From Eledone cirrhosa (Eukaryota): DNA of 64,000 nucleotides. The notes under the pieces are model-generated. The model did not search any database. It was not told where the DNA came from and was given only the letters and a program-made list of their open reading frames with translations. Position numbers and translations under genes: made by a program. Of the stretch, positions 13,400 to 25,860 are shown in pieces (within the stretch, counting starts at the first letter, position 1; each line of letters begins with the position of its first letter). The stretch is from contig OZ024747.1 of NCBI GenBank assembly GCA_964016885.1, forward strand, positions 1,612,001 through 1,676,000. Direction: 5' to 3'.

Positions 13400-15822
13400 A
13401 GGCAGATAGTGTCTAATACCAAGGCATACCCTGGGGAAGAATGTACCCCACAGCATAGGTTAGTTGTTAGTGATATCTCAGTAAGCAAGAGATGGAATGA
13501 GACATATAGGAAGGTGTGGATAAGAAAGGTCTGGAAGCTAAAAGACCTTTCACTAAAATTCAAATTTAGGAAAGCCCTTCAAGATGTGTATGACGAAAAA
13601 GAAGACGATTTAGAGACGTATGACATAGATAATAACTGGAAGTTCTTACGTGACAACTTGCTGCAGGCTACTGATGAAACCTGTGGCTGGAGCAGAGCTC
13701 CAACCAGACAGAGAGTGACCTGGTGGTGGAACAGCACAGTAGATAAGGCTATTAGAGACAAAAGACTAGCATGGAAGGCTTGGAAAAAGGGTGGGAGTAG
13801 GGAAGAATATACAGCCACTAAGAGAGAAGCTAGACGTCAGGTGTACTTAGCACGCAGGGAGGCAGAGAGTAGGAGGTTTGCCAATGTTCTGCGACGGGAA
13901 GGTCAGAGGCGTGCGGTGTTCCACATTGCAAGGCAGTGTGTCAATGCAAATCAGGATGTTGTTGGTGATAAATGTGTCCGGGATGATGCCGGTGTACTTA
14001 GTGTCACGAATGACCAGAAAAAGGAGGCCTGGAAATGTCATTATGAGAGACTGATGAATGTGGAGAACGAATGGGAGAGAGAGAAATTACCCTTGGTAGA
14101 TCTGACAGAGGGACCAGCTATTGAGATTGACGAATATAGGGTCCAAGAGGCGATTAGGGAAATGAAAAATGGTAAGGCGGTCGGACCATCGGGAATAGTT
14201 GCTGAGATGCTGAAGGCATCGGGGGACGTAGGCACTAAACTGGTTGCACGCATCATCAATCAGGCTATATATGGTGGTGTCATACCCAAAGACTGGTGCA
14301 GCAGTATTCTCATAAATTGCTACAAAGGTAAAGGGGATGCTTTGGAGAGGAGCAATTATAGGGGTATAAAACTGATAGATCAGGTTATGAAAGTGGCAGA
14401 AAGGATTTTAGCACAACTAAATAGAGAAAGGGTCAAACTAGATGAGATGCAGTTTGGTTTTGTGCCTGGGAAGAGTACAACAGATGCCCTCTTCTTGGTG
14501 AGACAAATGCAAGATAGGTTCTTAGAGAAGAATAAGCCACTATACTTAGCCTTTGTTGACCTAGAGAAGGCCTTTGATAGGGTACCCCGATCTGTCATCT
14601 GGTGGTCCCTAAGGAAGCTAGGTGTTGAGGAATGGCTTGTGAGGACAGTGCAAACTTTGTACAGAGGTACTCTCAGTAAAGTCAGGGTAGGAATGGAGTT
14701 TAGTGAGGAATTCCAGATACAAGTAGGAGTACATCAGGGTTCGGTCCTCAGCCCGCTCTTGTTCATTATAGTCCTCCAAGCCATAACAGAGGAGTTTAAG
14801 ACTGGCTGTCCATGGGAACTTCTCTATGCTGACGATCTGGCTCTTATAGCAGAATCAGTAGAGGAGCTAGAGAATAAATTCCGGCTATGGAAACAGCAGT
14901 TGGAAGCAAGAGGACTGAGAGTAAATCTAGCTAAGACAAAAGTGTTGATGAGTAGAAAAGAGGACAAAACCCTGATTCCGTCAGGGAAATGGCCATGTTC
15001 GATATGCAGAAAAGGAACTGGCATAAATTCTATAAAATGCACACAATGCAGGTCCTGGGTACACAAGAGATGTAGCGGGATAGCAGGCAAACTAACAGGT
15101 AGGGAGAAATATGTATGCAGTAGATGTACAGGGAAATTAGACAGTAGAAGTCGCACTGATAGACACATTTTTCAAATGCGAGAGGGCGCTATAGAAGTGG
15201 TGGATAGCTTCCGGTACCTGGGAGATCAGATTAGCATGGGAGGAGGGTGTTCCGAGGCTATAGTATCTAGAATAAGGACGGGTTGGAAGAAGTTTAGGGA
15301 GCTGCTTCCTCTGTTGACGAAGAAGGGTTTCTCCCTGCGTACGAAAGGCCGGTTGTATGATGCCTGTGTGAGGAGTGCGATGCTGCATGGTAGTGAGACA
15401 TGGGCAGCAACCGCAGAGGATATGCGATGGCTGGAGAGAAATGAGGCAAGCATGCTCCGTTGGATGTGCAGTGTAAATGTGCGTGAACGACCCAGCATAA
15501 ATGTGTTGAGAGAGAAACTGTGTCTGAGAGGGATAGAATGTAGTGTACGGGAGAGGAGACTGAGGTGGTATGGACATGTGATGCGCATGGAGGATGACCG
15601 ATGGGTGAAGAAGTGCCAGGAAATGCCAGTTGAAGGAAGACGTGGTAGAGGTAGACCACGAAAAACATGGGCGGAGGTGGTGAGAACGGACCTCGGATCA
15701 TTGAAGCTCACGGTGGAGATGACGAGGGACTGTGACGAGTGGAGAGATGCTGTGCTGAATAAGACCCGTCCCACCCTTGCAAGCAGGGAAAAGCGGACGT
15801 AAAATGATGATGATGATGATGA
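13400..15822 (+). mobile_element. 5'-truncated RTE-clade LINE: end of APE endonuclease, uninterrupted RT, PHD-like finger, (GAT)n tail
   Basis: ORF 13337-15802 has QHRLVV (APE end), NYRGIKL, QFGF, FVDLEKAFDRV, GVHQGSVLSPLLF, LYADD, FRYLG, GRPRKTW. Tail aaatgatgatgat follows the stop. The first ~20 codons come from the adjacent inverted element. Confidence 0.95.
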
Positions 15823-15851
15823 TACATACATATATATATACATACATATAC

Positions 15852-15894
<43 letters not shown>

Positions 15895-16281
15895 CGTACA
15901 TATATATATATATATATACATACATATATATATATATACATACATACATATATACATACATACATATATATATATACATACATACATATATATATACATA
16001 CATACATATATATATACATACATACATATATATATATATACATACATACATATATATATATATACATACATATATATATATATATATATACATACATATA
16101 TATATATATATATATACATACATATATATATATATATATATACATACATATATATATATATATATATACATACATATATATATATATATATATACATACA
16201 TATATATATATATATATATACATACATATATAAAATAAAGTTAAATAAAAGTCAAATGATTAAAATTTAGCTTCGTTTATT

Positions 16282-16336
16282 ACTGCTATATATATTTCAG
16301 TGACAGCCATCTTTGGCTGTGACCTCTTCAGGCAGT
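16282..16336 (-). ncRNA. Minimal type-I hammerhead motif (inverted copy of 16464-16518)
   Basis: Reverse complement of the + copy. Confidence 0.83.
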
Positions 16337-16463
16337 TTGAATTAGTATGGTATAGACAAGTACATATGAATTAACAACCCAACAAGGAACTGGGCATATC
16401 AGAGTATTGACAATATCATACACCTAAACAACATATGTACTTGTCTATACCATACTAATTCAA

Positions 16464-16518
16464 ACTGCCTGAAGAGGTCACAGCCAAAGATGGCTGTCAC
16501 TGAAATATATATAGCAGT
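16464..16518 (+). ncRNA. Minimal type-I hammerhead ribozyme motif
   Basis: actgc-CTGAAGA-stem II (ggtcacagcca aaga tggctgtcact)-GAAA-tatata-TA-gcagt. Stem I is complementary and stem III palindromic. Confidence 0.85.
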
Positions 16519-16666
16519 AATAAACGAAGCTAAATTTTAATCATTTGACTTTTATTTAACTTTATTTTACACTACTCCGGAGTAACCAAACCAACCTGCG
16601 CACTTCGTCGAGTGCTCCAGCCTGCATACTGAGGTGTTGGTATACAACCAACATAAACTCAAAATC

Positions 16667-16750
<84 letters not shown>

Positions 16751-16775
16751 CATATATATACATATATATATATAC

Positions 16776-16806
<31 letters not shown>

Positions 16807-16807
16807 C

Positions 16808-16838
<31 letters not shown>

Positions 16839-17012
16839 CATATATATATATACATACATACATACATATATATATATACATATATATATACATATATATA
16901 TACATATACATATATATATACATATATATATACATATATATACATATATATACATACATATATATATATACATACATATATATATATACATACATATATA
17001 TATATATATATA

Positions 17013-17175
17013 TCATCATCATCATCAGGTTTAGCGTCCGTGTTCCACGCTTGCATGGGTTTGGACGGGAGTTTTCCCACTTGAGGCAAGAGTGGTTGTC
17101 TTGCTCGCATAGGACTGTCTGGCGGGTTTTCTACAGTTGGATGCCCTTCCTAACACCAACCACATTTACAGTGTG
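17013..17175 (-). mobile_element. SINE 3' part with RTE-like tail and (GAT)n
   Basis: Reverse complement reads tgtaaatgtggttggtgttaggaagggcatcc...ccatgcaagcgtggaacacggacgctaaacctgatgatgat. Related copies lie near 930-1080, 1345-1478, 2625-2745 and 32350-32660. Confidence 0.7.
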
Positions 17176-17548
17176 GGGCTGGGAGGTTTTTACTGTGTTG
17201 CCTACACGGCCACATTACAGCGTGGACTGTGTGTTTTTTTGTCGTGACACCTACATGATCTCATTTGTTTCGGCCTGGATGTTGTGGGACCAACATAACT
17301 TTACATTGAAAGGGGCGGTGAGGATGGGGTGGAGGTGGTGGGACGGGGGGGGGGGGGGTTTTGATAGAGATGCCTACTGACTGTAGTAGGTTTTTACTTT
17401 GTATTTAGGTAAGGCGGGTCTTCTCTATTACTGAGTACCGCCAAAGGTCTCGGTCCAGTGACATTGTCTTGGAGAGGTGTAAGCGTCTGATATATGCATA
17501 GTTTTATTGTTCTACAATATTACTCACCTACATTATATATATACATAC

Positions 17549-17585
<37 letters not shown>

Positions 17586-17631
17586 CATACATATATATAT
17601 ATATATACATACATATATATATATATATATA

Positions 17632-18240
17632 TGGTGGCTGCCAACTCGTTTTCGAGTACGGCCACTACTTTATATCCATGTAGGAGAACCCCTACTGATG
17701 CGCTGAACGAGTGTGACTTTTTAGTCCAGCCAGCGACTTGAAAACTCTGGTACAAACACTACACTTGTGACAATTATTGACACATAGTGCTGGGCCCTTG
17801 GTACCAGGTGATGACAAGTGCAGAGAGATCTCCAGATATAGAGCAATGCCTGTGCCGTGAAGCTTTTATAGTGAGCAAAGGCACTGCACAAAGCCAGTCC
17901 CACTCTCTTAACCAAGATGATATTTACCAAAAAGAAGAACGAGTCAACATCATTGGATACCATCAGAGTTGCAGGTGTTATATCAGAGTTTTCCTTCTCC
18001 TAGAATTCTGCCTTGACAAAGGCTATGGGGTCATCTCTCCCGGTGATTTTGGATGGCCATTGACTCTTAAGAGCTCCTTTGCCCTTTGACAGGTTTTGTT
18101 TTTAGTCCTGCAGGATGTCCAAAGTCACCCTCCTCACTAAGAAACCTCGGTGGGGTTGCCAGTTTAGTCGCCAATGACCCGACCATGAGGCAGGTTGTAC
18201 TGGGATACATGTTACCAGTAGCACCAACTGGTGACCTGAC
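17632..18240 (-). mobile_element. Non-autonomous (bipartite-like) RTE-derived element, longer copy
   Basis: Direct repeat of 12875-13389 plus ~90 nt of extra 5' sequence. C2H2-like 3' end; inserted in (TA)n. Confidence 0.7.
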
Positions 18241-18295
18241 ATAAATATGTATGTATATATATATATATATACCGTAAACTCTTGGTAGATTTATC

Positions 18296-18349
<54 letters not shown>

Positions 18350-18372
18350 CATACATATATATATATATATAT

Positions 18373-18443
<71 letters not shown>

Positions 18444-18567
18444 GTAGGTGAGTAATATTGTAGAACAATAAAACTATGCATATATCAGATAAGTATCTCT
18501 CAACAGTTGGTAGAACTGGAGTATATATTAAAGAAGAAATTAAAAGATGGTTAAAAAAGTTCCATAT

Positions 18568-18635
18568 ATTTTATTATGTGCATTTCGAAAACAACATCAT
18601 CCTGGGACAAAAATTGTGTTCTCATCAGATAAAAT
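18568..18635 (-). ncRNA. Hammerhead motif in the inverted 5' pLTR
   Basis: Reverse complement of 21360-21427 with stem III tgcaca (palindrome imperfect). Confidence 0.75.
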
Positions 18636-21359
18636 AAGGTAACATGATATGTGGCCTAAAAACACTTTCAACAGGAAAGTGCAAAGTCTGCATATGACAG
18701 AAATATAAGAGTAAGAAAAAGATAGGAAAATAGAAAAGGAAAGAAGGAGAAAAAGGACAAAGAAAGAGAAGAGAGGAAAAAAGAAAGAAGGAAGAGAGAG
18801 AGAGACTTTTAATCAGGAACGCTGTCAAAATGAAACTAGCTGTAAATAATGGTTAAAAAGTAAATTGATGAGGTGTATGTGCGAATATTATGGTTGGGTT
18901 CATCTGATGTAATAGACTGGTTCAATGAGCTAAATAATGAAAACAAACTGAAATTTATTCAATTAGACATTGCTAGCTATTACTCTTCTATTTCTCCTTC
19001 ACTCCTAAACAAGGCTCTCTCATATGCGTTAAAATACACGGACATTACTTGTGAAGAAATAAACATCATTCTCACCGCAAGGAAAACCATCTTGGAATTT
19101 AACAATGAATATTAGACAAGAGCGGATACTTCCAACAATTTCGACATCACCATGGGTTCGTTGGATTCAGCTCAATTGACCGACTTGGTTGGAATCTTCA
19201 TCTTGAACTCTTTAAACCGGAAAATTCCTCAACTTTGCGGTGGAATTTATCGTGATGATGCTCTTTTTACTGTCTCTAATTGTAACAAAGTAAACTTTAA
19301 TATTATTAAGAAAAATATACTTGATCTATTTAAGCATCTTAACTTAAAAATTGAATTTGAGAATAATGATAAATTAGCAAATTTTCTTGATATATCCCTT
19401 AATCTAGATACTGGCCTATATTACCCATATCATAAGGATAATGAGAACTTAAATTACGTTAACTTTAAATCTAACCACCCTAATAATGTTAAAACTGCTA
19501 TAGTCAGAAGTGTAGAAAAAGGAATTTCTAATTTATCCTCTAATAAAGATATCTTCGAAGCTAATGGCAATTATTATAATAATGCGCTATCTAGGGCTGG
19601 ATATCCAGACAAAATTAGGTATACTAAGGAAACTTATCTTGGCAGAACTTATAGTAACTATAGTAATGTAGCTAGTAATAATCATACCACTAACAAAAGG
19701 AGGAGACTAGATATAAAAATATCCTTTGGTACAACGCTCCCTTCTCTCTTTCCGTTATTAATAATATCCCTAAATTATTTTTTAGGGCTTCCCTCCTTCA
19801 CATATATATAGCAAGATTTTCAATAAGCATACTATTAAATTCTCATATTCCACTACTTCCAACACTTCTAAAATTATCTCAAGACATAATTCTAAAATAT
19901 TAAATAATAACACATATGCATCCAACCATGAGAGTCATAATAATAACACTATAAGGCCCAACGTCAATGTAAACTCTAGGCAAAATAACACAAGTATAAA
20001 TACAACGTCAAACGTAAATTTGAGGAATACATCAAATACTAATGTAAATCTGGAAACTTTAGCACCTCCTTTAGTTAATTCCACCACTCCAGTTCCTAAT
20101 ATAATTAATCCTGGGCCACTTGCAAATAACTCTGTAAATAATCTTAATCGTAAATGCAACTGCCCTATTAGAACTAATTGTCCTCTTAGTAATTTCTGTC
20201 TCGATAAAAACCTAGTATACAAATGTAAAGTGGTAATTAGTATCAATACCTATACCTACATTGGCTCTACTTCTACCTCTTTTAAAGCAAGATTCTATAA
20301 TCATTCTTCTACATTTAAATATCCACTTAAAAGGACCAACACCGCACTCTCAGAACTTATTTGGTCCTTAAAAGACAAAAACATTAATTACGAAATTTCT
20401 TGGCGTAAAATCTACAACGCTTCTCCATACTCCAATGCTTCCATATCTAGTGTTTGTAATTTATGTCTAGTTGAAAAATTTACCATTATCTCGAATTTTA
20501 ACTCAATAATAAATAGAACAGATTTATTTGGTCTTTGCAATCATAAATCCTTCAAGACCTTTCACAAAGTATATAGCTAATGTCCTATAACATATTCCAC
20601 AAATAACGGTTAATTTTTTACACATATTTTTTACACATATTTCATTATATTCTACAATGTATTAATTTAGTTTTCTCAGCATATATTAAGCCTTTGACCT
20701 TTTTTCTATAGCCTTAAATTTTCGCTCAAACCTCCGTAGATTTTGTAAACAAATTATGACGTCATATGTTTTTCTATGTTTATAAATCATTCTAGCAATT
20801 TCCTTTATTTACTTGTTGATATAAAATATTAATTAAATAGTATACCCCACATATATTGATTTTTAATAGAAATTTTTAATTTTGACATAGACTATTTTTT
20901 TAATTTAATTTAATTTTATTTTATTTTAAAAACCTTTTTTATACTTATTTTAATTTAATTTTATTTTATTTTATTAATACATTTTTACACTTCTTAATCC
21001 AATTTTTTAGTATTTAAACCCAATATAAAATAATATACCCAGTTTCTATATTTTAGACCTCTAATATTTGAATACTATCTATAATATTCGCACATACACC
21101 TCATCAATTTACTTTTTAACCGTTATTTACAGCTAGTTTCATTTTGACAGCGTTCCTGATCAAAAGTCTCTCTCTTTCTCTTTCTCTCTCTTCCTTCTTT
21201 CTTTTTTCCTTTTTTCATCTCTTCTCTTTCTTTTTTCTTTTTCTCCTTCTTCTTTCCTTTTCTATTTTCCTATCTTTTTCTTACTCTTATATTTCTGTCA
21301 TATGTAGACTTTGCACTTTCCTGTTGAAAGTGTTTTTAGGCCTCGTATCATGTTACCTT

Positions 21360-21427
21360 ATTTTATCTGATGAGAACACAATTTTTGTCCTAGGATGATG
21401 TTGTTTTCGAAATGCGCATAATAAAAT
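21360..21427 (+). ncRNA. Minimal type-I hammerhead motif in the 3' pLTR of the Penelope-like element
   Basis: attttat-CTGATGA-gaacaca...tgttgttttc-GAAA-tgcgca-TA-ataaaat. 7-bp stem I, palindromic stem III. Confidence 0.87.
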
Positions 21428-21522
21428 ATATGGAACTTTTTTAACCATCTTTTAATTTCTTATTCTCTATATATATATGTGTATTTGTTTTGCAAGATTC
21501 TTGATGTGATGAAAGCGATATT

Positions 21523-21926
21523 GTTATATTTGGAGATGGTCATGTTGCCAGTATTGCCAATAAAAAGAAATACAAGCACCGTATAAAAAACAAACAAACA
21601 AAGAACAGTAAGGAAACAAACCCACACATGCATAAAATACACAGACATGACAAACATTAAGACACACAGAGGCAAAGGTGCAAATGTATGCTCAGACACG
21701 AATCATGAAAAATGCACCATAAAACAAAAGACAGGATGAACTAACAGATTAAGACCAGAAAGAAGAGGAGGCACAACAGAGAACAGAGTCATTGAGGAGG
21801 TCACAGAATGTGTGATGAAAGAACTTTGACAAACGAATGACTAGTAATAAAGATAAAGTGAAAATCATATGGTGACTGTTTCTTTTTATTGGCAATGCGG
21901 GCAACATGACCATCTCCAAATATAAC
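21523..21926. mobile_element. Short element with ~48-bp imperfect terminal inverted repeats (MITE-like)
   Basis: gttatatttggagatggtcatgttgcc...ttgccaataaaaagaaa at 21523-21570 versus its reverse complement at 21879-21926. Confidence 0.55.
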
Positions 21927-22019
21927 TATATATATATGTGTGTGTATGTATATATATATATATATATTAGCTAAGTTTGGAGGAAGGGGCAATGTCCATA
22001 GCCTACACGTCTTTTGAAA

Positions 22020-22260
22020 TCAGTAGGAAGGATGCCTTTAACATTTCACTTAAATTTCGACAGCTGCAAGGATGGAGTTCCAGAAGGCCAACCTTCTGAG
22101 GAGGAAGGATTGTGTATAGTGGTTAGTGGTGAAGTTTGAGGACTGGCACATAACATGGGTGGTAAGAAGAGGAGAGACAAGTGAGTAGAAGGTAGAATTG
22201 ACATGAGACCAGTCAGTTTTGGGGGAGCATAGGCCATTATAATGGTAGAAAAGAGAGATA
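22020..22260 (-). mobile_element. Degraded 3' end of a CR1/Jockey-type LINE
   Basis: Minus-strand peptide SLFYHYNGLCS...YTQSFLLR...FWNS resembles LINE ORF2 C-termini. Confidence 0.5.
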
Positions 22261-22669
22261 GAGAGAGTGGTGGTAATAGTAACTGGAGTGATAGAGATGA
22301 TTATAATCCTTTCTATCATTGGCACAAAGTCAGCAGTTTGGGCAGAAAGGAAAATCGATTATATCGACCTCAATACATAACTGGTACTTTATTTTATTAA
22401 CCGCTGAAGGATGAAAAGTAAAGTTGTCTTCAGTGGGTTTTGAATTCAGAATGTAGAAAGTTGATACTAATTGTCGCTAAGGGTTTTATCTGACACTCCA
22501 CCAATTCTACAAATTCACCACCCTGATGATGATAATGAGGAATGATGGAGGAATTGGATACATGTGAATCAGATGTCTTCCTTCCTCAGCATAATGGGTA
22601 TCTTAGTAGATTCATGGAAGAGAGGGTTCTCACTAAATCCTAACCTCCATCACCACCACAAACACTTTT

Positions 22670-23400
22670 ACTTTTAGCGACCATTTTGCTGTTCTTATGC
22701 TGGTGGGTTACCAGTCATCCTGATCCAGTGTCATTTCCTATGTGAGGTTCAGTTTTCTGAGGTCAGTCTTCAGCACTTTGTCCCATGTCTTCCTTGGTCT
22801 TCCTCTTTCACAGGTTCCATCCACTTCAAGCATTTCACAGGTTTCACCTCTTTCACAGGTTCCATCCACTTCAAGCACTTGGCACTTATTTACATATCAC
22901 ATGTCCATACCAGTGCAGGCATCTCCCTTGCACATGACATCTGATTTCAGCTTTTCCCTCAGCTAGTTTGTGCTCTATTGTTCATGCATAATAACATTAC
23001 ACATCCAATACAGCCTGTATACTTCATTTTCTTTTCCCAACCATTGCAAATTCATTACATTCAAGACCCACATCTCACTACCATGTGTCCTTTACTCAGA
23101 ATGAGAAGCTTCAAACCTCTTCCACCCGGTTTTCACTAATATGCTTTTGGTACATCCATCTCTCCTATTAATTGTTGGTAGTAAAAGCCATCAACTATTA
23201 TTTCAAGTGAATCTTCTGAGTATTTGAGGGAGTTTATTTCATGTGTTCTATTACTGCTGACTATTCCTGGCCATCTATCACACATCAAGTCTACCTTCTC
23301 GGTCAACCTACCTGTGATTTCACCTACATCTCCTGTGCATTCATTGCCCAAACTATGTACTAGTGTAGACTGTCTACCTATTCCTTTTCTGTTTGAGAAT
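22670..23400 (-). mobile_element. Old degraded RTE fragment
   Basis: Minus strand [13 protein letters not shown] and SLEIIVDGFYY, colinear with the 13400-15822 RTE. Confidence 0.7.
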
Positions 23401-23600
23401 GGCTATTGCTTTGATGATAGCAGGGTAATATATATATATATATATATATACAGTATTTTCCGTTGTGTTGTAATATAAATATTACACACAGTAGATTATC
23501 AGCTCACGTAGAGTTTGCTCGACGGTTCCAGTTGTAGTTCCAAAAGTAATCCGGAGAAAAATAGAAAGATTTGAATGGATACAGTTTAGTTGAAAGGAAT

Positions 23601-23717
23601 TTATTGACACGTGTTTCTATAACAGTTACATAACCTAAAACAGCTATCTACAAACTTTTAGTTATGCAGACATTCAATATTTCAATGTTATTATTTACTG
23701 TCATTTCATCAGAATAA
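23601..23717 (-). ncRNA. Hammerhead motif (inverted copy of 25744-25860)
   Basis: Reverse complement of the + copy with intact core. Confidence 0.8.
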
Positions 23718-24273
23718 TATTACTGAGGACCTATTTAGTTTTTATAGAGAATATTAGGAGGGAGGGGTGAAGTTGTTAGAAGAATAGTTGAAGGAGTGGT
23801 TTTTCGATAGCAGTGAGAATTCTTGGTGGCAGTGAGTAATTAGATTCCCATCTGTTGTTTTGACATTTTTTATAGAATATATTATTGGTTATTTTTCTAA
23901 ATCTATAGAAGGATTAGAGATAGTAAAGATATGCGTGGTTGGTTTTGTGTTTGCACTTAATTAACATTCAGACTTAAATTTTTCTTTCAAGTGTACGTAT
24001 CCTTTCACCCACGCATTCACACACAAATATATTTGCACACCTCTACAAAATACATATACTCACAATTCACATATTCATACTTACATATATATACACATGC
24101 ATACACATATATATACACACATGTATTCATGTACATACATACGCGCTCATGTGTATACATTTTCGTACTCAACTTATCTTTATATACACACGTATAGACA
24201 CACACATATATACATACATACTCTAGTCCATGTGTACACACATACACATACATACACATCCATATACACATAT

Positions 24274-24338
<65 letters not shown>

Positions 24339-24361
24339 CATATATACACACATATACATAT

Positions 24362-24392
<31 letters not shown>

Positions 24393-25094
24393 AGCACTTT
24401 AATACATGAATACACTTACATCTAACTATACACATCAAACATATATATATATTTACTTATTTATATACATTTTCACATATATATACATACTTATGGACGT
24501 TTTTAGACACATTCATTATCGCATATTTGTACCTATTCTCATCAGCATATCTTTTCATTATTAGTATGGTAATTTAAGGTTATTAATATATGTTGAGAAG
24601 AGATTGTTTTTATATTTTTCTAACTAGATTAAGGTTTATATAGTTGGGGGATGTCCCTCTTTTATGTAATATTCGGCTTGTAGTGGGAAAAAAGGGTGTA
24701 ATCTTGAGATTTATTACATAATCACACACAAGAAGAAACTGCTGAATAACAGAATTGAACGAACATTATTCTGCCGTCACAGAACTAAAACCCTTTTTTC
24801 CCACTACAAGCCGAATATTACATAAAAGAGGGACATCCCCCAACTATATAAACCTTAATCTAGTTAGAAAAATATAAAAACAATCTCTTCTCAACATATA
24901 TTAATAACCTTAAATTACCATACTAATAATGAAAAGATATGCTGATGAGAATAGGTACAAATATGCGATAATGAATGTGTCTAAAAACGTCCATAAGTAT
25001 GTATATATATGTGAAAATGTATATAAATAAGTAAATATATATATATGTTTGATGTGTATAGTTAGATGTAAGTGTATTCATGTATTAAAGTGCT

Positions 25095-25125
<31 letters not shown>

Positions 25126-25142
25126 ATATGTATATGTGTGTA

Positions 25143-25185
<43 letters not shown>

Positions 25186-25743
25186 ATATGTGTATATGGA
25201 TGTGTATGTATGTGTATGTGTGTACACATGGACTAGAGTATGTATGTATATATGTGTGTGTGTCTATACGTGTGTATATAAAGATAAGTTGAGTACGAAA
25301 ATGTATACACATGAGCGCGTATGTATGTACATGAATACATGTGTGTATATATATGTGTATGCATGTGTATATATATGTAAGTATGAATATGTGAATTGTG
25401 AGTATATGTATTTTGTAGAGGTGTGCAAATATATTTGTGTGTGAATGCGTGGGTGAAAGGATACGTACACTTGAAAGAAAAATTTAAGTCTGAATGTTAA
25501 TTAAGTGCAAACACAAAACCAACCACGCATATCTTTACTATCTCTAATCCTTCTATAGATTTAGAAAAATAACCAATAATATATTCTATAAAAAATGTCA
25601 AAACAACAGATGGGAATCTAATTACTCACTGCCACCAAGAATTCTCACTGCTATCGAAAAACCACTCCTTCAACTATTCTTCTAACAACTTCACCCCTCC
25701 CTCCTAATATTCTCTATAAAAACTAAATAGGTCCTCAGTAATA

Positions 25744-25860
25744 TTATTCTGATGAAATGACAGTAAATAATAACATGGAAATATTGAATGTCTGCATAAC
25801 TAAAAGTTTGTAGATAGCTGTTTTAGGTTATGTAACTGTTATAGAAACACGTGTCAATAA
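25744..25860 (+). ncRNA. Type-I hammerhead motif with long stem II insertion
   Basis: ttatt-CTGATGA-aatgacagt...actgttata-GAAA-cacgtg-TC-aataa. GUC triplet, palindromic stem III. Confidence 0.82.

Larger units (their letters stand above)
16231..16569. mobile_element. Fold-back element: 138-bp inverted arms with a 63-bp spacer, probably a Penelope-like pLTR remnant
   Basis: 16231-16368 is the reverse complement of 16432-16569. Each arm has a hammerhead core. Confidence 0.85.
18533..21461 (+). mobile_element. Penelope-like element, 5'-truncated, with inverted pLTRs (18533-18891 and 21081-21461); disrupted RT + GIY-YIG ORF at ~18890-20580
   Basis: RT motifs FIQLDIASYYSSI, FDITMGSLDSAQ, GIYRDD, NFLDISL, SNHP. 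GIY-YIG motifs LVYKC...YIGST...FKARFYNH...CNLCLVEK. In-frame TAG at 19113 and a frameshift near 19700. Termini are reverse complements. Confidence 0.93.
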
